A DNA stretch of 63,531 nucleotides, filler included, from Conidiobolus incongruus B7586 (lineage: Eukaryota), in NCBI GenBank assembly GCA_000697335.1. It is 9 parts of 9 records of this genome, joined end to end, with 100 filler letters (N's around TTAATTAATTAA, not from the genome) between each part and the next. Parts side by side here need not be neighbours in the genome. Positions count along the whole stretch, not along the records: positions 1 to 9,846 come from JNEM01006385.1; positions 9,947 to 19,557 come from JNEM01006387.1; 7 more parts are not named here. One strand, 5' to 3'. Numbering within the stretch: the first letter of the stretch is position 1; each line of letters starts with the position of its first letter. This document shows positions 1 through 13,089 of this stretch, piece after piece. The notes beneath the pieces are model-generated. The model had not been told where the DNA came from. It worked only from the letters and a program-made list of their open reading frames with translations, and made no database searches. The translations under genes were made by a program, and so were the position numbers.

Positions 1-2022
1 TAAATGTATATTAATTAAATATAATAATATTTTAATTATTCAAAACTTAATAAAATATAAAATTTTTAATAAAATATTTGATTATTTTATAAATCAATTA
101 TTACAAGTTAATGAAAATCAAGTAAAATAAAAAATTTGTGTTAATTGGTAATTGAAAAATAAAAATAATAATTGATCAATTTTTTTTAAATTCTAGGGTT
201 TATATTTATATTATAAAATAATAAATTCAATATTATTAATTGGGAAAAAATCGTCAGATGTAAAAAATAATAAATACTCGAAAATCAAATATTTATTTCA
301 ATATAGATAATATAATTTTACAATATATATATTCTTTTTTAAAAAATTAATATAATTATATAATAAATAAAATTCTATAAAAAAATATAATTGATAAATT
401 TGAAAATAATTTGATATTTGTTTTGTTTTTGAAATATTTGATAATTAATAGTTATAAAAATTATGCATTTCTTAATTAAGAAAAATTAACTTACTGCAAT
501 TATTTTAATCATGTGTAATGGGAAATGGTATTTGACTTTGTTTACTGTTACTAAATTAGTTAATTTTATTAATATAAACGTGTTTAAAATTTTATTATAA
601 TGGATTACCAATATTCAATGCAGGTGATTGTAAAATTCAATTCCAATTGAATATTTATCCTCTTATAATGAATATTAGGGTACTCAAATTGGAATTTATA
701 ATTTCGAACCAATAGGATGAATTATAAGTAAACAATATTTTTATATTTTTAATATAATCTCTATTACAACTCCTTTTTTGGCTCCTTTGATTAGCTTAAA
801 AATTCATTAGCAATTTTTCTTTTTATTTATTTGTAAAAATCAATCAATCCTAACCCAAAACCGCTAATAATTGCTTGAATTATGCTAATGCAATTCCATT
901 CAGATTATAGTCAAATGGAGTTATTAATGTTGAAGTTAGATTTTTTAGATAATTACAGATAAATTTCTACTACTTCAAACAGTAATTGGATATCTTAATA
1001 TATCCAATCAATCAAAAAAATCTAGATTTTCTGATATATTTTATTATAATAGTGAATTATATTCTTCTTATCAGACCAATAAGAACAGGACTGATCAATT
1101 ATCAGAAATCGTAATCAATTACTCCAACTTTCCTTTGTTAAAAATAAATTATAGCTTACTAAAATTTATGGTGAAATTATTGAGGAGATCAAGAAGCTCC
1201 GAAATCTAAAATAAATTAGGAATTTACAATGTAAGAATTTACTACTATAGAAATCCATCATTCATATTTGAACCCCTCAAATTATTCAAAAAAGATCCTT
1301 TAGAGTTAATTTATAGTTACAAAAAACATAATTAATACCAATAAAACAAATGCGGAGTTTGGTTTATTACACAATATATTAATCTATCCAAATTTATAAA
1401 AAGAATAAAAATCAAAATATTATGCTTTATCTTGACTATTGTGTCCTATTTAACACTTAAAACAAGTTGAGATATTTTTAAAATCATAATATTTTTATAA
1501 AAATAGAAACATATTTATATATCAAATTATTTTAAATTTTGGATAAATAAAAATTTAATTAAATAATATATACATTAATTTTTTTTCTCTAATAATTTAT
1601 TATATCAATTTTTTTTCTTTTTTAAGATTAGTTTAAAATAATTTTTAATTAATTTTTATGCATATTTGATAATTTTTTTAAAAACTATTTGAAATTAATT
1701 TCAATCGATCATATCTTGATTGATTATAATTAAAAATAAAAATATTATTTTAGAATGAAAGTTTAACTTATGGTTAGAATTGCGACAATCAATACATTGG
1801 AGTGTGAAGTACTTTGGTTATTGGCCCTAATATATCCTTAAGTTATAAATATTTAACTTTTTTATTTTAAGTATAATTATGATTAACAAATAAATATACA
1901 TCCTTATTATTTTAATTTATATTTTTATATTGATTTTAATATACTCTAATGGAAAAAAATTTGAATTATTTAAAATGAATGTTTAAAAATATAATTAATC
2001 TTGGTGAATTTCTATTACTAAA

Positions 2023-2754
2023 TTGGTATCAAATTCAAAATGTAGTACTAGCTTGGGAATTAGAACAGGATGTGGTTCTAATACTGATTTCCGTCCTAGC
2101 ACTCCATTTGAGAAAGCTCGTCCAGGAATGGCACAATATAAAACACTTTGTGAATTTGCTAATACCTCCCAAACTTCAAATAAATTATCAAAATTTAAAC
2201 TTGGAGATGTTGCAAAAATATACTCAATGCCATGGAGAAGCTATTAGTTTAACTCTTCAACAGAGTAGCATCTATAGTTAAGTTAGTCAAAAGATCTCTA
2301 CATGCACGGATAAGATTTCTCATTCAGTTTCCATTTGTATTAAATGTTGTAAATCATCGGACTTTAATTGTATCCATAGCTGTGTTAGTATATTACAGAA
2401 TGCTACTCAGAACTGTATTGCTGACTTGGCTAACGTGAGCAGACCCGAAATCCATAATATTATCTTGCGCGCAAACAGGTCCCTTATATCTAAAGTTGTA
2501 CAGGCTCTCTTTGACTGTAATTACATATATAGTCAAAAGGTTATAATGGAATGGGAATCAATTCGAAATCTTCCTCCAATTCTAGAATTTTTGGAAGCTC
2601 TGGTGACTCTTGTAGTTCTGGTAAAGCTGGATCTTCAAGCACTTCTGTATCATCAGAATCCAATAGTGGTTCTAGGGATTCATCTGGCATCGCTGCAATT
2701 TCCAGTTTCGGCATCATTGATTATATTTTGCTTAACTATTGTTTCAAATTATGA
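2023..2754 (+). pseudogene. Frameshifted pseudogene of the Cys-rich GPI-type surface protein family (paralog of 3519 and 5764 genes)
   Basis: Pieces in different frames align to the neighbours: PGMAQYKTLCEF, CHGEAISLTLQQSSIYS*, NATQNCIADLANVSR, QALFDCNY, YNGMGINSKSSS and a Ser-rich tail. It has an in-frame stop at 2279-2281, several frameshifts and no intact signal peptide. Confidence 0.85.
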
Positions 2755-3019
2755 TTTAAAGTAAAAGGCTTAATTTATTATATAATAATGATTTATTAAT
2801 AATTATAATTTTTAAATAATATTGTGATCAATATACACATAGACAAGCATACATGATCTCTTTACCAACTTTTTAAAATAGATAATAACTAATTAGTCAT
2901 AATAATTTCATATTCAAATTTTAAGTTTATTTTTATAATAATATAATCAAGTTTCATAATTGACTATTAGATTAATTATAAAATTTGAAAAAAAAGATTT
3001 AATAATAATAAATCTTTTC

Positions 3020-3063
3020 ATTATTATTATTATTATTATTATTGTTATTGTTATTGTTATTAT
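3020..3063. repeat. (TTA)n/(TTGTTA)n microsatellite
   Basis: Directly visible simple repeat. Confidence 0.8.
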
Positions 3064-3518
3064 CAAATTATACAATAAATAACTAAAATCTAATCAAATA
3101 ATTTTTTAATATAATTACTAAAAATGTTAAAAATAAAATTTGATAACTTAAAATTGCATAATTTACATAAGTTTATTGAACTAAAATTTGTAAATAAAAT
3201 CAAATTTAATATTTTAGTAGCTAAATATTAGATTAAATGGTTTAACAATTAGTGGTTATCATCTGGTGTATTATGATTGGATCATATGGATCAATTCTAT
3301 CCTATTTGAGGAATCGGATAATCTCACTGTTGCAAAAAACTGAGGGAATATTGTCATGTTAATTGGAAGATTTGATTAATTCGTGTTCTCACCTTTAATT
3401 TGTTGTTATGTATTGAAATTAAATGGTGGATCTAAATTCATCTAAAATTTCAATTTAAATAGCCTGACAATCGTTCATTGGCTAAGTACTCCAAATTCTA
3501 ATTTAAACTTTTGACAAT

Positions 3519-4307
3519 ATGAAATCTGTATTCTTAACTCTTACTTCTATCACTGCTGTTCTTGCTTCAACTATCAAGTCTGGTTCTGGTTCTACTTCTG
3601 GCTCTGGTTCTCATTCAGATCATAATACTGGATCTACTACTGGATCTACTACTGGATCTGGTATCAGTGGTGGTTCTACAGGTGGTGCTGGAGGTGCTGG
3701 AAGCGCGGAGTGTGCCTCGATGTTCCCAGGCAATAGTTTATATCAAGCCTTTTGTGAAATTGGAAACAATCCAGATGTTCAAGCCAAAGCTGCTAAATGT
3801 GAAATGTCTGATCCCAAATACATCGAGTGTTATGCTAACGCTGTTGGTTTAACTCAACAACAAGCCTCTATTTACGGCCAAGTTGGACAGAAAATCACCC
3901 CATGTACTTCCAAGAGCGCTTCTGCTTCTGTAGAATGCACTAAAGATTGTAAACCTACTGATTCCGGCTGTTTCCAAGATTGTGTTAAAAAAACCACCGC
4001 TTCAGTTCAGAGTTGTATTGCCGATTTAGCTAAAGTCAGTTCTTCAGATATGGAAAAAGCCCAATCCTGTGCCACTAAATGCCCTACCAAAGATATTTCA
4101 GCTTTCTTTGACTGTAATTTCAGTTGTAATGAGAAGATTTACAATGGTTTGGGAATCAACGCCAAGTCTTCCTCATCCTCTGGATCTTCCGGTTCATCCT
4201 CTGGATCCAGCGGCGGTTCCTCTGGTTCCAATGCTATTGCTAATGCTTCTCCATTAGGCTTGTCAATTTTTATGACTGGTTTGGCCGTTGTTTCTAGCTT
4301 TATTTAA
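3519..4307 (+). CDS. Secreted Ser/Gly-rich, Cys-rich probable GPI-anchored cell-surface protein (262 aa)
   Basis: Signal peptide MKSVFLTLTSITAVLA, S/G/T linker, 14-Cys core with four CxxxC motifs, Ser-rich stalk, small-residue omega region (SNA/NAS) and hydrophobic C-terminus LGLSIFMTGLAVVSSFI. Single exon with an AATAAA downstream. Confidence 0.9.
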   Translation: MKSVFLTLTSITAVLASTIKSGSGSTSGSGSHSDHNTGSTTGSTTGSGISGGSTGGAGGAGSAECASMFPGNSLYQAFCEIGNNPDVQAKAAKCEMSDPKYIECYANAVGLTQQQASIYGQVGQKITPCTSKSASASVECTKDCKPTDSGCFQDCVKKTTASVQSCIADLAKVSSSDMEKAQSCATKCPTKDISAFFDCNFSCNEKIYNGLGINAKSSSSSGSSGSSSGSSGGSSGSNAIANASPLGLSIFMTGLAVVSSFI

Positions 4308-5763
4308 TTTTCATTATAGTCACTTGTCATAATAATGTTCATTTTTGAATTAATTAATAAAAAATAGAAAAAGCAAATATTTTGAATACATTTTTACTAA
4401 TGTTGCACTTCTAAGTTAAGGCTAGGTCTGGATTAGATAGTTAAGGTAATGCTATTTGTTAGATATATCATTCACTAAATCAATTATCTAATTAATTTAC
4501 TATCAACCATCTTATTATAAATCACAACACCTATCAATATCTTTATTTGAATTTTAATAAAAAAATAACAAATGATGAATATAATGCTTAATTTGAATAT
4601 TGATTATAAACTTTTTACAAAATTATCATTTTATTTTATTAATTTAACAATCTATAATTAAATAAAAATTGCTTCGGATAATTAAATGGTTTTAGATGAT
4701 GTTACCCCTGCATAAAACATGTTGAAAATTGCTTTATTAACAATCGAGCATTTCAAATGAAAACAGTATTTAACATTAATGGAGTATGCATAAATTTTTT
4801 GGGTTAATATAGTGTTATTAAAGCATATTTATTTTATATAATATATATTCTTTGATATTCAATATTTGTTATATAATTTTACTCAATTTGAACTTAATAT
4901 TTATATAATCAATCCAATTTCCTGATGAATAATTAATTAGATAAGATAGGTTTCAAAATATTATTCAGCATTAATGATTTCAAACAAACAAAAAAATATG
5001 CGATATATTACAGATCTAATCTGTAAAATGAATTTATTTGTTTATGCATTATTTTTTAATAATCACTAAAGAAGATTTTTTTTAATACTTAATCTATCTA
5101 ATACTTATTTCACTCTGAACTTTATTTACTATAAATTAATCTCAATATTTATTAAATACCGATATAATTATTGTTAATGAAATTATATTAATTTTAATAT
5201 ATAAATTTATTTTAATATTCTAATATCTCTTACCAATTAAAGTTATCCAATTTTTGTATATCTATGATTTTAAAATTTTTTATCATATTCCGTATTATAT
5301 AAATAGAAAAATTATATTAAAATTACTAAAATTAACTATATTAACTTTTGTTAAATAATATTTATGGTATTTGAAATTTACACCTATCAACATTCAATTA
5401 ATCAAATAAAACCAAGTTTATAAACAATTTTTGATCTAAAATGTTTAAATAATATGCATGTGATTTGCAACTTAACACTTTAGTCAAAATTCAATGAATG
5501 TAATTCTTTTCGCTGACATTATTATATAAAGTATCTAATTTTATGTTTCGGAAAATCATTCATGCACCAGCTATTATGCCCCTAGAAGAATTATATAAAA
5601 TTAAATTGAATAAAGTACTTATTCATTTTGTGATATTTATTTAGTATTATTTGTCTATTCCACTTAATATATATATATATATACTCTTTAAATAATAGTA
5701 TTTAAACAGATATTTAAACTTGGATTTTTGAAATATTATCTATTTTACATATCTTCAATCAAA

Positions 5764-6555
5764 ATGAAATTTTCATTATTATCTCTCATCTCTATCTCGA
5801 CCATCTTCGCTTCAACAACTAGATCTGGATCCAGTTCAACCACTGGGCACGGTTCTGGTGGTAGTAGCTCTGGCAGTAGCTCTAGTGCTTGTCCAAGTAG
5901 CGGTCTCCGTTCGGGTTCTGATTGTGATTTTACTTGCCCGGGTATGCCGCTCTGTTATGCACTTTGTGAAATCGGAGATGGTCATCAAGTTCCGTCCAAA
6001 GCTTCGAAATGTAAACCTGATTTTGAGGATATGACTAAATATGCTCAATGCTATGGTGAAGCAATCGGACTAGATTCACAACAGGTCAACGTCTACAGTC
6101 AACTCGCACAGAAGATGAAAATATGTAAAGATAAATCATCGGATTCTAGTAATCAATGCTTTAATTCTTGTAAATCTGGTGATAACTGCTGTACTCAAGA
6201 GTGTGTTAAGAAATCAAAAGATGCTACTCAAAACTGTATTGCCGGTCTGGCTAAAGTGAGCAGATCAGACCTCGATAGCGTCAATTCTTGTGCTAATAGT
6301 TGCCCAATCTCGAAAGATGCTCAGGCATTATTCGAATGTAATTATAAATGCAGTGAAAAGATTTATAATGGGATGGGAATTGATCCCAATTCTTCTATAT
6401 CTTCAAGCTCATCAGACAGCTCGAAAAGCTCTGGTACCTCTGGATCTCCTTCAGGGTCCAAGAACGGCTCTGGAGGTTCATCTGGTGTAATGACCACACC
6501 CTTAAATATTATGATGGTAATCACAGGTATAGCCATTCTTTCTGGCTTAATATAG
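5764..6555 (+). CDS. Paralogous secreted Cys-rich probable GPI-anchored cell-surface protein (263 aa from the ATG at 5764)
   Basis: Signal peptide MKFSLLSLISISTIFA. Shares LCEIG, CYGEAIGL, CIAGLAKVS and FECNYKCSEKIYNGMGI with the 3519 gene. Has a Ser-rich stalk and hydrophobic tail. Confidence 0.9.
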   Translation: MKFSLLSLISISTIFASTTRSGSSSTTGHGSGGSSSGSSSSACPSSGLRSGSDCDFTCPGMPLCYALCEIGDGHQVPSKASKCKPDFEDMTKYAQCYGEAIGLDSQQVNVYSQLAQKMKICKDKSSDSSNQCFNSCKSGDNCCTQECVKKSKDATQNCIAGLAKVSRSDLDSVNSCANSCPISKDAQALFECNYKCSEKIYNGMGIDPNSSISSSSSDSSKSSGTSGSPSGSKNGSGGSSGVMTTPLNIMMVITGIAILSGLI

Positions 6556-6849
6556 TTCCAAAACTATTCATTTGTTATAACATTGATCATTAACTCAAAT
6601 AACTAATAAATGTTATTTTATTGCTTCAGCATAATTATCATATATAAATATAATTCCATTCCAATTTTTTTTTTCAAAATATTTTTAGCAATTTTGAATG
6701 TTTTATTAAGTTTTTTAATATTATTCTAAATATATTGTATAATGAATTTTAAATAAAATACGCAAAATAAATAATTTTTATAAATCAATTTTAGAAATAA
6801 ATTATCCAAAATCATTTATAAAAATATATTGATACAAATATAACTTGTT

Positions 6850-8270
6850 TCAACATTAATAACTATATATTTTTAATTTTTAATAATATTTTTTGTAATA
6901 TTGTATCATTTGTAATTAGTCTCATAATACCATATATTTTATATAATAACCAACATTTGAAGTTACTTTGGATATTATCAAGATATAAAGTATTAATGCT
7001 GTTATATATTTCATCAATATATTCTTGATTCTTATTTCAAATTATATATAAATTTTTTTCCTCTTTCAGTTATTGAAATTTTAAAAAATTATTCAGAATT
7101 CAATTTATTTGAATCCTTACAACCCCCAAAAATTTAATATAATGCTTAAAACAAAATTATTTGATTGGATTTTTTAAATTTGAATGGGACTAAACATTAA
7201 TTCAACTTTAGCTCATATAAATTTAATATTAAAATATTTGGTGTTTATATTATATAAATGAATTTTTTTCAAGTTGAATTATATTTTTGCTATTCATATG
7301 TATTTCAATAATTCTAATAATTTGGTTTAGAATTAATAATTTAAGAGTATATTTATTTTCTTAGTTTGAAAATTATTCTTTGAATTAATTTAACAATTGC
7401 ATTGAATCAGAATTAATCAGTTAATTTTAAGAGGATTTGGATCTATGCATTACATAATATTCTTTTCACTCCAATGGTTGGAATTCGAATATATTTTGGA
7501 ATGTTTTTGGTGAATTATGATTTTTTAGTATACTATATTATTAAGTAATGATGAAGTATATATAATATGATATTTAGGTGAAATCCATTCTAAATATTCT
7601 AATGATTACTGTTTTTAATTTTTTAAATGTAATAATAAGGTATAATCAATCTAAGAAATCATTGAAAATAGGGTATATTTGAATAACTAAAAATAGAATA
7701 GTTATAATAATGTAAGATACTTTCATAATAATTATATAATTAATGATTATCAATGATTGTTTTTGAAATTTTTATATATATCTAGCTGAATCTTTAACAT
7801 CGGACCATTTTAATTTATATCCAAAAAAATGACTGAGCTATCAAAACAAACATACCCAATTATAATTATGAATAATTTAAGTATACAAGTATTATTTAAT
7901 GAGCAATATGGACCAAAGCCAAATAATATTTCAAACATAAAAGAATATTTTCAGATTATTTGACTAATAATAGCTTATAGATTAGATTGTAGTAATGGAA
8001 TTTCAAAACTTGAAATAAATCAGAAATATTATGTAACTAATTCTCTTGATATTAAATATAGATAATATCTATTCAAACAGAAAACCCAAAATCAATTAAA
8101 TTTCGAAATCAAAGTTTGAATTGAGTTAAATATATATACAATAGTACACCCAATTTAAAACTATCTTACTAACAATATTCAATCTCCTGAATATGATAAT
8201 TATTCTTATCTAGAGTATATCGTTTAAATAACTCTTACCACACTATTTTAATCTCATTCAATATTCCAAG
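6850..8270 (-). pseudogene. Heavily decayed probable F-box/LRR (RNI-like) gene remnant
   Basis: The minus strand near 8150-8260 gives an F-box-like start (W*ELFKRYTLDK...IVSK) followed by broken Leu/Ile/Asn-rich frames. Boundaries are approximate. Confidence 0.3.
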
Positions 8271-8709
8271 TTATTTTATATAGATATTTTTAACTAATAA
8301 CAATTAATGTTAATTTTAACAACTATTGCATATTTTTAACTCATATATCATAAATCAAGATAATAATATTATAATATAATATTTAATGATTGAATTATAA
8401 GTGTTTACCAATTATTAAATAGATTGAGAGGATATCTTAAATTGTTACAAAGAAAAACAGCTTTGGAGACAAATTAAAATTTGAAGTAATTAATTTTCAA
8501 ATTTTTTGGTCATTTACTAACAATGCGAAATAGTTTGTTAAAGATGGTGACTTTTTTTATAATGCTCTTACTTGGAGTTTATAATATTATTTTTATTAGT
8601 TATATTTATTCCTTTTTATTAATTAATTTTATGGAACCTATTAACAGCAATAAAAGTTACAGTTATTTACTAGCCAATAAGCAATTTTTAAATGACATAA
8701 AGTTTATCA

Positions 8710-9410
8710 TGTTTAAGACGCATGGACCAATTGACCTACGCTGACATCTATGACTAAGATACTGATTTGCTGCTAGATAGTGATGAGGATTGATTTGCTG
8801 CTTATGAAGGTGCAAAGAGTGATCGGCAAAGCCCCCTCCAGGTGAAAATTCACCATATTAAGGATAATGAGCTACCTTCAGAAGATCCAAAGCCTGCTGC
8901 GAGTGCTCCAGTTCAGCCAATTGTCGCTGAAGCTAAAGAGATTGTGAAGGAGAAAATTTCCAAAATTTTTGTCAAATACCAGATATGAATGATAAGTTTG
9001 GAGGTAAGAAAGCTGAAGTGAAGGATCAAGTAATTATTGATAATGTACATTAATTATAATTCAATAACATATAGAATTAAGTTGACACATTGTCCAACGC
9101 TTTAATGGAAATCAAGCTAAAAGATACTAATCTGAATAAAGCGATTCAATTGGATAGCATTTTAAGTACCAGACACTACTATTATAGCATTACCTATGAT
9201 TGTTACTATCAAATTTGTAAATTTGGCTGAATTGGCACAACAAATAGTGTTAGCTGCTCATTTTTCAGAAGATCTTTTATGATATTATGCATTATTGCAT
9301 AAATAACACTTTGTAAATTAAAAGCTACCTTAATTTGCACATTTTCTTTGCCAGAATTTATCCTAGAAAAATATGCATTTATTAAACAATAGTTCATCTG
9401 GCTTATCATT
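8710..9410. pseudogene. Degenerate coding remnant, possibly retroelement gag/protease derived
   Basis: GC-richer island with an interrupted + frame (DTDLLLDSDED*FAAYEGAKSDRQSPLQV...). The minus-strand piece VQIKVAFNLQSVIYAI loosely resembles a retropepsin active-site strand. Confidence 0.25.
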
Positions 9411-9449
9411 TCAATTAATAAACAAGTTTAAATTGATTAAAATATGATT

Positions 9450-9846
9450 ATATTATAGAAATCAATCACTTGATATATTTTAATTCTATATAATTATTAT
9501 ATTAATATTTTAGAAATAAAATTCAAATTTAAAATCTAATAAAAATTATAGAATTAATACTATTTTTATTATCAATAGCTTTTTTATAAATTTTTGGTAA
9601 TTTGTGATATTTACAAAATAGCTTTTTTTATTAAGGACTAATATTTGATATTTATAAATTACCTAAATTTATTAATGAAAATTCTTTTTAATTTAAGAAT
9701 ATTTTTTAATTATTTAGAATAATTATAATTATATAAGTTAAAATCTGATAAATATATTTAATATAATAATTTTTTAATTTATCCTATTTAAAATATTTTT
9801 TATAAATTTAGATTTTAAATTTTATAATATTTATATTTTAAATAAA
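9450..9846 (-). mobile_element. Mariner (DD34D) 3' fragment, highly mutated, cut by a gap
   Basis: Collinear with 61680-61940, e.g. tttttattaaggactaatatttgatattt vs ctttttattaaagactgaaatttgatattt. Confidence 0.6.
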
Positions 9847-9946
9847 NNNNNNNNNNNNNNNNNNNNNNNNNNNNNNNNNNNNNNNNNNNNTTAATTAATT
9901 AANNNNNNNNNNNNNNNNNNNNNNNNNNNNNNNNNNNNNNNNNNNN
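9847..9946. other. Assembly spacer N44-TTAATTAATTAA-N44 (also 19558-19657, 21769-21868, 31762-31861, 41166-41265, 51383-51482, 59236-59335, 61057-61156)
   Basis: An identical 100-nt six-frame-stop linker occurs eight times. It is artificial. Confidence 0.97.
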
Positions 9947-11092
9947 CTTTATTTAAAATTTATGATCAATTTTAATAATATTGAAATAATAATTATTAAA
10001 AGTCTTTTATTTTAATTTAATTAAAACTTATTTATAAACCATTTTATATTATTCAAGCTTTTTAAAAAGCTTATAATTATATTATTATATTGAAATATAT
10101 CATTTACATTAAATTTATTATTTTAAAGCTAAAAAGGATATTGTTTGAAATTTACCTAAATTTAATAATTATTTTCTATAATTACTTTTTTATTAATTGA
10201 TAAAGTAAAAAAAATATATTTAAAAACACCCATTTATTTTAACTAAAGAATTATCTAGGCAATTGGATATTAATAATATAAGTATTTTATATATATTAAT
10301 ATTTAAATTTGGATTAATTAATAACAATCTAAAATATATACCTTATAATTTAATTAAAGCTAAAAAAAACTAAAATAATTATAGCAAAATAAAACTAATT
10401 AAAATATAGTTAAAAACTAAAAATCTATAATAAATTATTATAATTAATAAATTATAGATCCTTTTATATATCCTTTTACCAAAATATAAATCAAGCTGGA
10501 TTAAGCTAAATCAATCACTTTATAAATTATTTTAAATAAATATTTTATTAATAAATAAATTTTAATAAATAAAATAAATTATAATAGCATATATAATTGT
10601 TATTTAATTCTTAAAGGAAAATCAATTAATAATCAATTTTATATTGTTATTTTAAATAAACTTATTTCTAATTAATATTTTTAATATAATTTGAGGAGAC
10701 TTATTATTTTATATAATAATTATAAAATATATAAAGCTAAAGTTATAAAAGACTTTATAATCAAAAATAACCAGAAAAAAATACTATATCTAATATATTC
10801 TTTAGATTATAACCAATGTTATTATAATTGTTTTAGGTAATTATAAAACTAGCTTATAAGAAATAAAATTTCTATAAAAAAATTTTATTAGTTTATAAAG
10901 CTTCAAATTTCTGTCTTTAATAAAAAAAACTGTCTTATAAGTGTTAGGACTTTGCTAAAAATATAGTAAAAAGTTATTAGAAACCAAAGAAGCTATTAAA
11001 CTTATATTATATTGTTATTTTCAATTATTATATATTAAAATGTTTATTTTTTTCATTCACAAAAATTCCTATTATTTAAATTTTAATATAAT
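9947..11092 (+). mobile_element. Mariner (DD34D) transposon copy, highly mutated
   Basis: Decayed transposase: IPYNL (WVPHxL), KGKSINNQFY, LRRLIILYNN (LHDN), YSLDYNQCYYNCF (YSPDxxPxDY), with 34 codons between the 2nd and 3rd acidic positions. A TIR-like 3' end lies near 11055-11092. Homologous to 40184-41165 and 61563-62882. Confidence 0.8.
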
Positions 11093-11459
11093 AAATATAA
11101 TTAAATTAACTATAAATTTTAAAATCAAAGTATTTTAATAAATAATTATAATTAAATATATATATATTTTGAAAATGTTTATTTTTGTATATATTTTATA
11201 TATAAATAATATTTCAATGCTTATAATATGATTGAAAGATCAGAAATTAACAAATTTGCCATTTTTTAATTTACATACTAATAATTCAATATTTTTAAAT
11301 GCATTGAGAATTAGTTGTCATTCTAATATAAATGAATATTTAGTTCACTACCTACTAATGGAGTTTAAAAAATACAGCAATTGTAACAAAGTAAAAAATT
11401 TTATATATTTTTTTAAATAATGACAATCAGTCGAACAATAAAATTGTTTAAGCTCAAAT

Positions 11460-12907
11460 TTCAAAGAAAATGATCATACCAAAACAACCAAAAAGATAAA
11501 TTAGATCAACTACACCTATTAAAATATAAATTTGGAATCAATACATATAAGTGATCAGGGTACGTCAAGGGTATAGAAATACCTAGGCAAATTACCAAAC
11601 AAGTAAGAACAATATGAAGGAAAGAATAAATTTAAAGAGAATAGAGGTGAGGATTGATTTGAGAAAGTTGAATGGTATGAATATTTCACACTTAAAAGAG
11701 TGGTTCGTAAATTAGAATTTCTAGAATATCATTATTTCGTGGGATAAGGGGGTAAAATGACCCCTTCAAGTATAATATAGGAATTATAGTGCCTTTTTCA
11801 TCTTCATATCAGCTGATTGATATAGCCTTTTAATCCCTTGAAGCTTGCAAAAAATCATCATAAGGAATAAATTGTTTTTAACTATATTTTGTTTTCTAAT
11901 TTTGAAAATAAAAAATAATTTAAATCATGTTATTTAACGGGAAAGAAGACATATCAGACTCCCACAATTCGAATCATCCTTAAAACCAGACAGAGATCCA
12001 ACTAAAGGCATAATTAGCAAATATACCTGAGCCACAGAATCAACCATTCCGTCTGACCTTATACAGAATTACATGTAAACACTTCAAAGCAAAGATAGAT
12101 ATATCTAATACAGCGAAGTTGTCACCTCGGTCCTCTTCCAATGGTGTTGCATTACAATCAATATTAAACAATTAACTACTCCCTTTGTACCATCTAACAC
12201 GCACCGTCTCAGAAGAAGACTATTTTACTTAAAATTATTAAACATCTGACTTCCTAGCTAGTGTCAGTATACAGCAATAAGGTACCTATTAAATTAAATT
12301 ACTTAATATTATTGTGGATCGGGAAGTCCGCTCGCCATTCAACTTTATTCAAAACATGATCCACACACAAGTACATTAAAAAACCCTTGTACAATCCGAA
12401 ATTCCGGATAACAACTACAATCGGCGTTCCAGCACATTGGAAAAGGACTGATAGCACTATAAAATCGTCACTGAGCACATATTTGCTCAAAGAATCATCT
12501 CGATTGGGACCAAGACCTACATCTTGATATTTTAATAAAACCCTTTAAAGTATCTCGTTAGCTATTCTTGGCCCATTTTATCGAATATACTTGATACCTA
12601 TTGCAAGGTTTCTTTCCAGCAGACCTACAGTATTCAACTAAAAGGCCTTGAGTTTTTGGAATACAGTATAACAAATGGAAGGGTCGATAACTAATTAAAA
12701 ATAGGGTTCTAATCCACTCTAAAAACCTGTCAGATCATCCTCATTAATGATCTCCTGCCATTTACTGAGCATACCTTTACAATGCTCTCCATTGGTCATC
12801 TGCTGTCTTGTAACAACAACAGAGATAAGCAAAGGGACAATCTGAGATCGGATATCAGCGATGGTACTAATCAAAAGTTTTACATGGACAGGTAACATTT
12901 TGTACAT
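11460..12907 (-). pseudogene. Degenerate multi-copy gene of unknown family
   Basis: One continuous frame 12907-12299 is broken only by TAA/TAG codons (DDLTGF*SGLEPYF*LVIDPSICYTVFQKLKAF*...YIR*NGPRIANEIL*RVLLKY...). Further stop-riddled frames run to about 11460. A second copy is at 29600-29925. Confidence 0.65.
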
Positions 12908-13089
12908 ATTTTTTTCGTCAAACTTAGGTCTATTTAAATAAAAATTTCTGATAGCAGTATAGAAATTAAAAAAAAATTACGTTCCGCAATTTGTAATAAA
13001 TCAATGCTTAAGATATTGAATTGTTTCGAACATTTTTTTAATTTGTATAACACATTATCTAATTAATAAAAAAATTTAATCCTTTAAAG

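Noticed and set aside
9947..11092. Initial reading as an F-box/LRR or integrase remnant
   Set aside because: Alignment with the better preserved 61.6-62.9 kb copy shows it is a mariner transposase.
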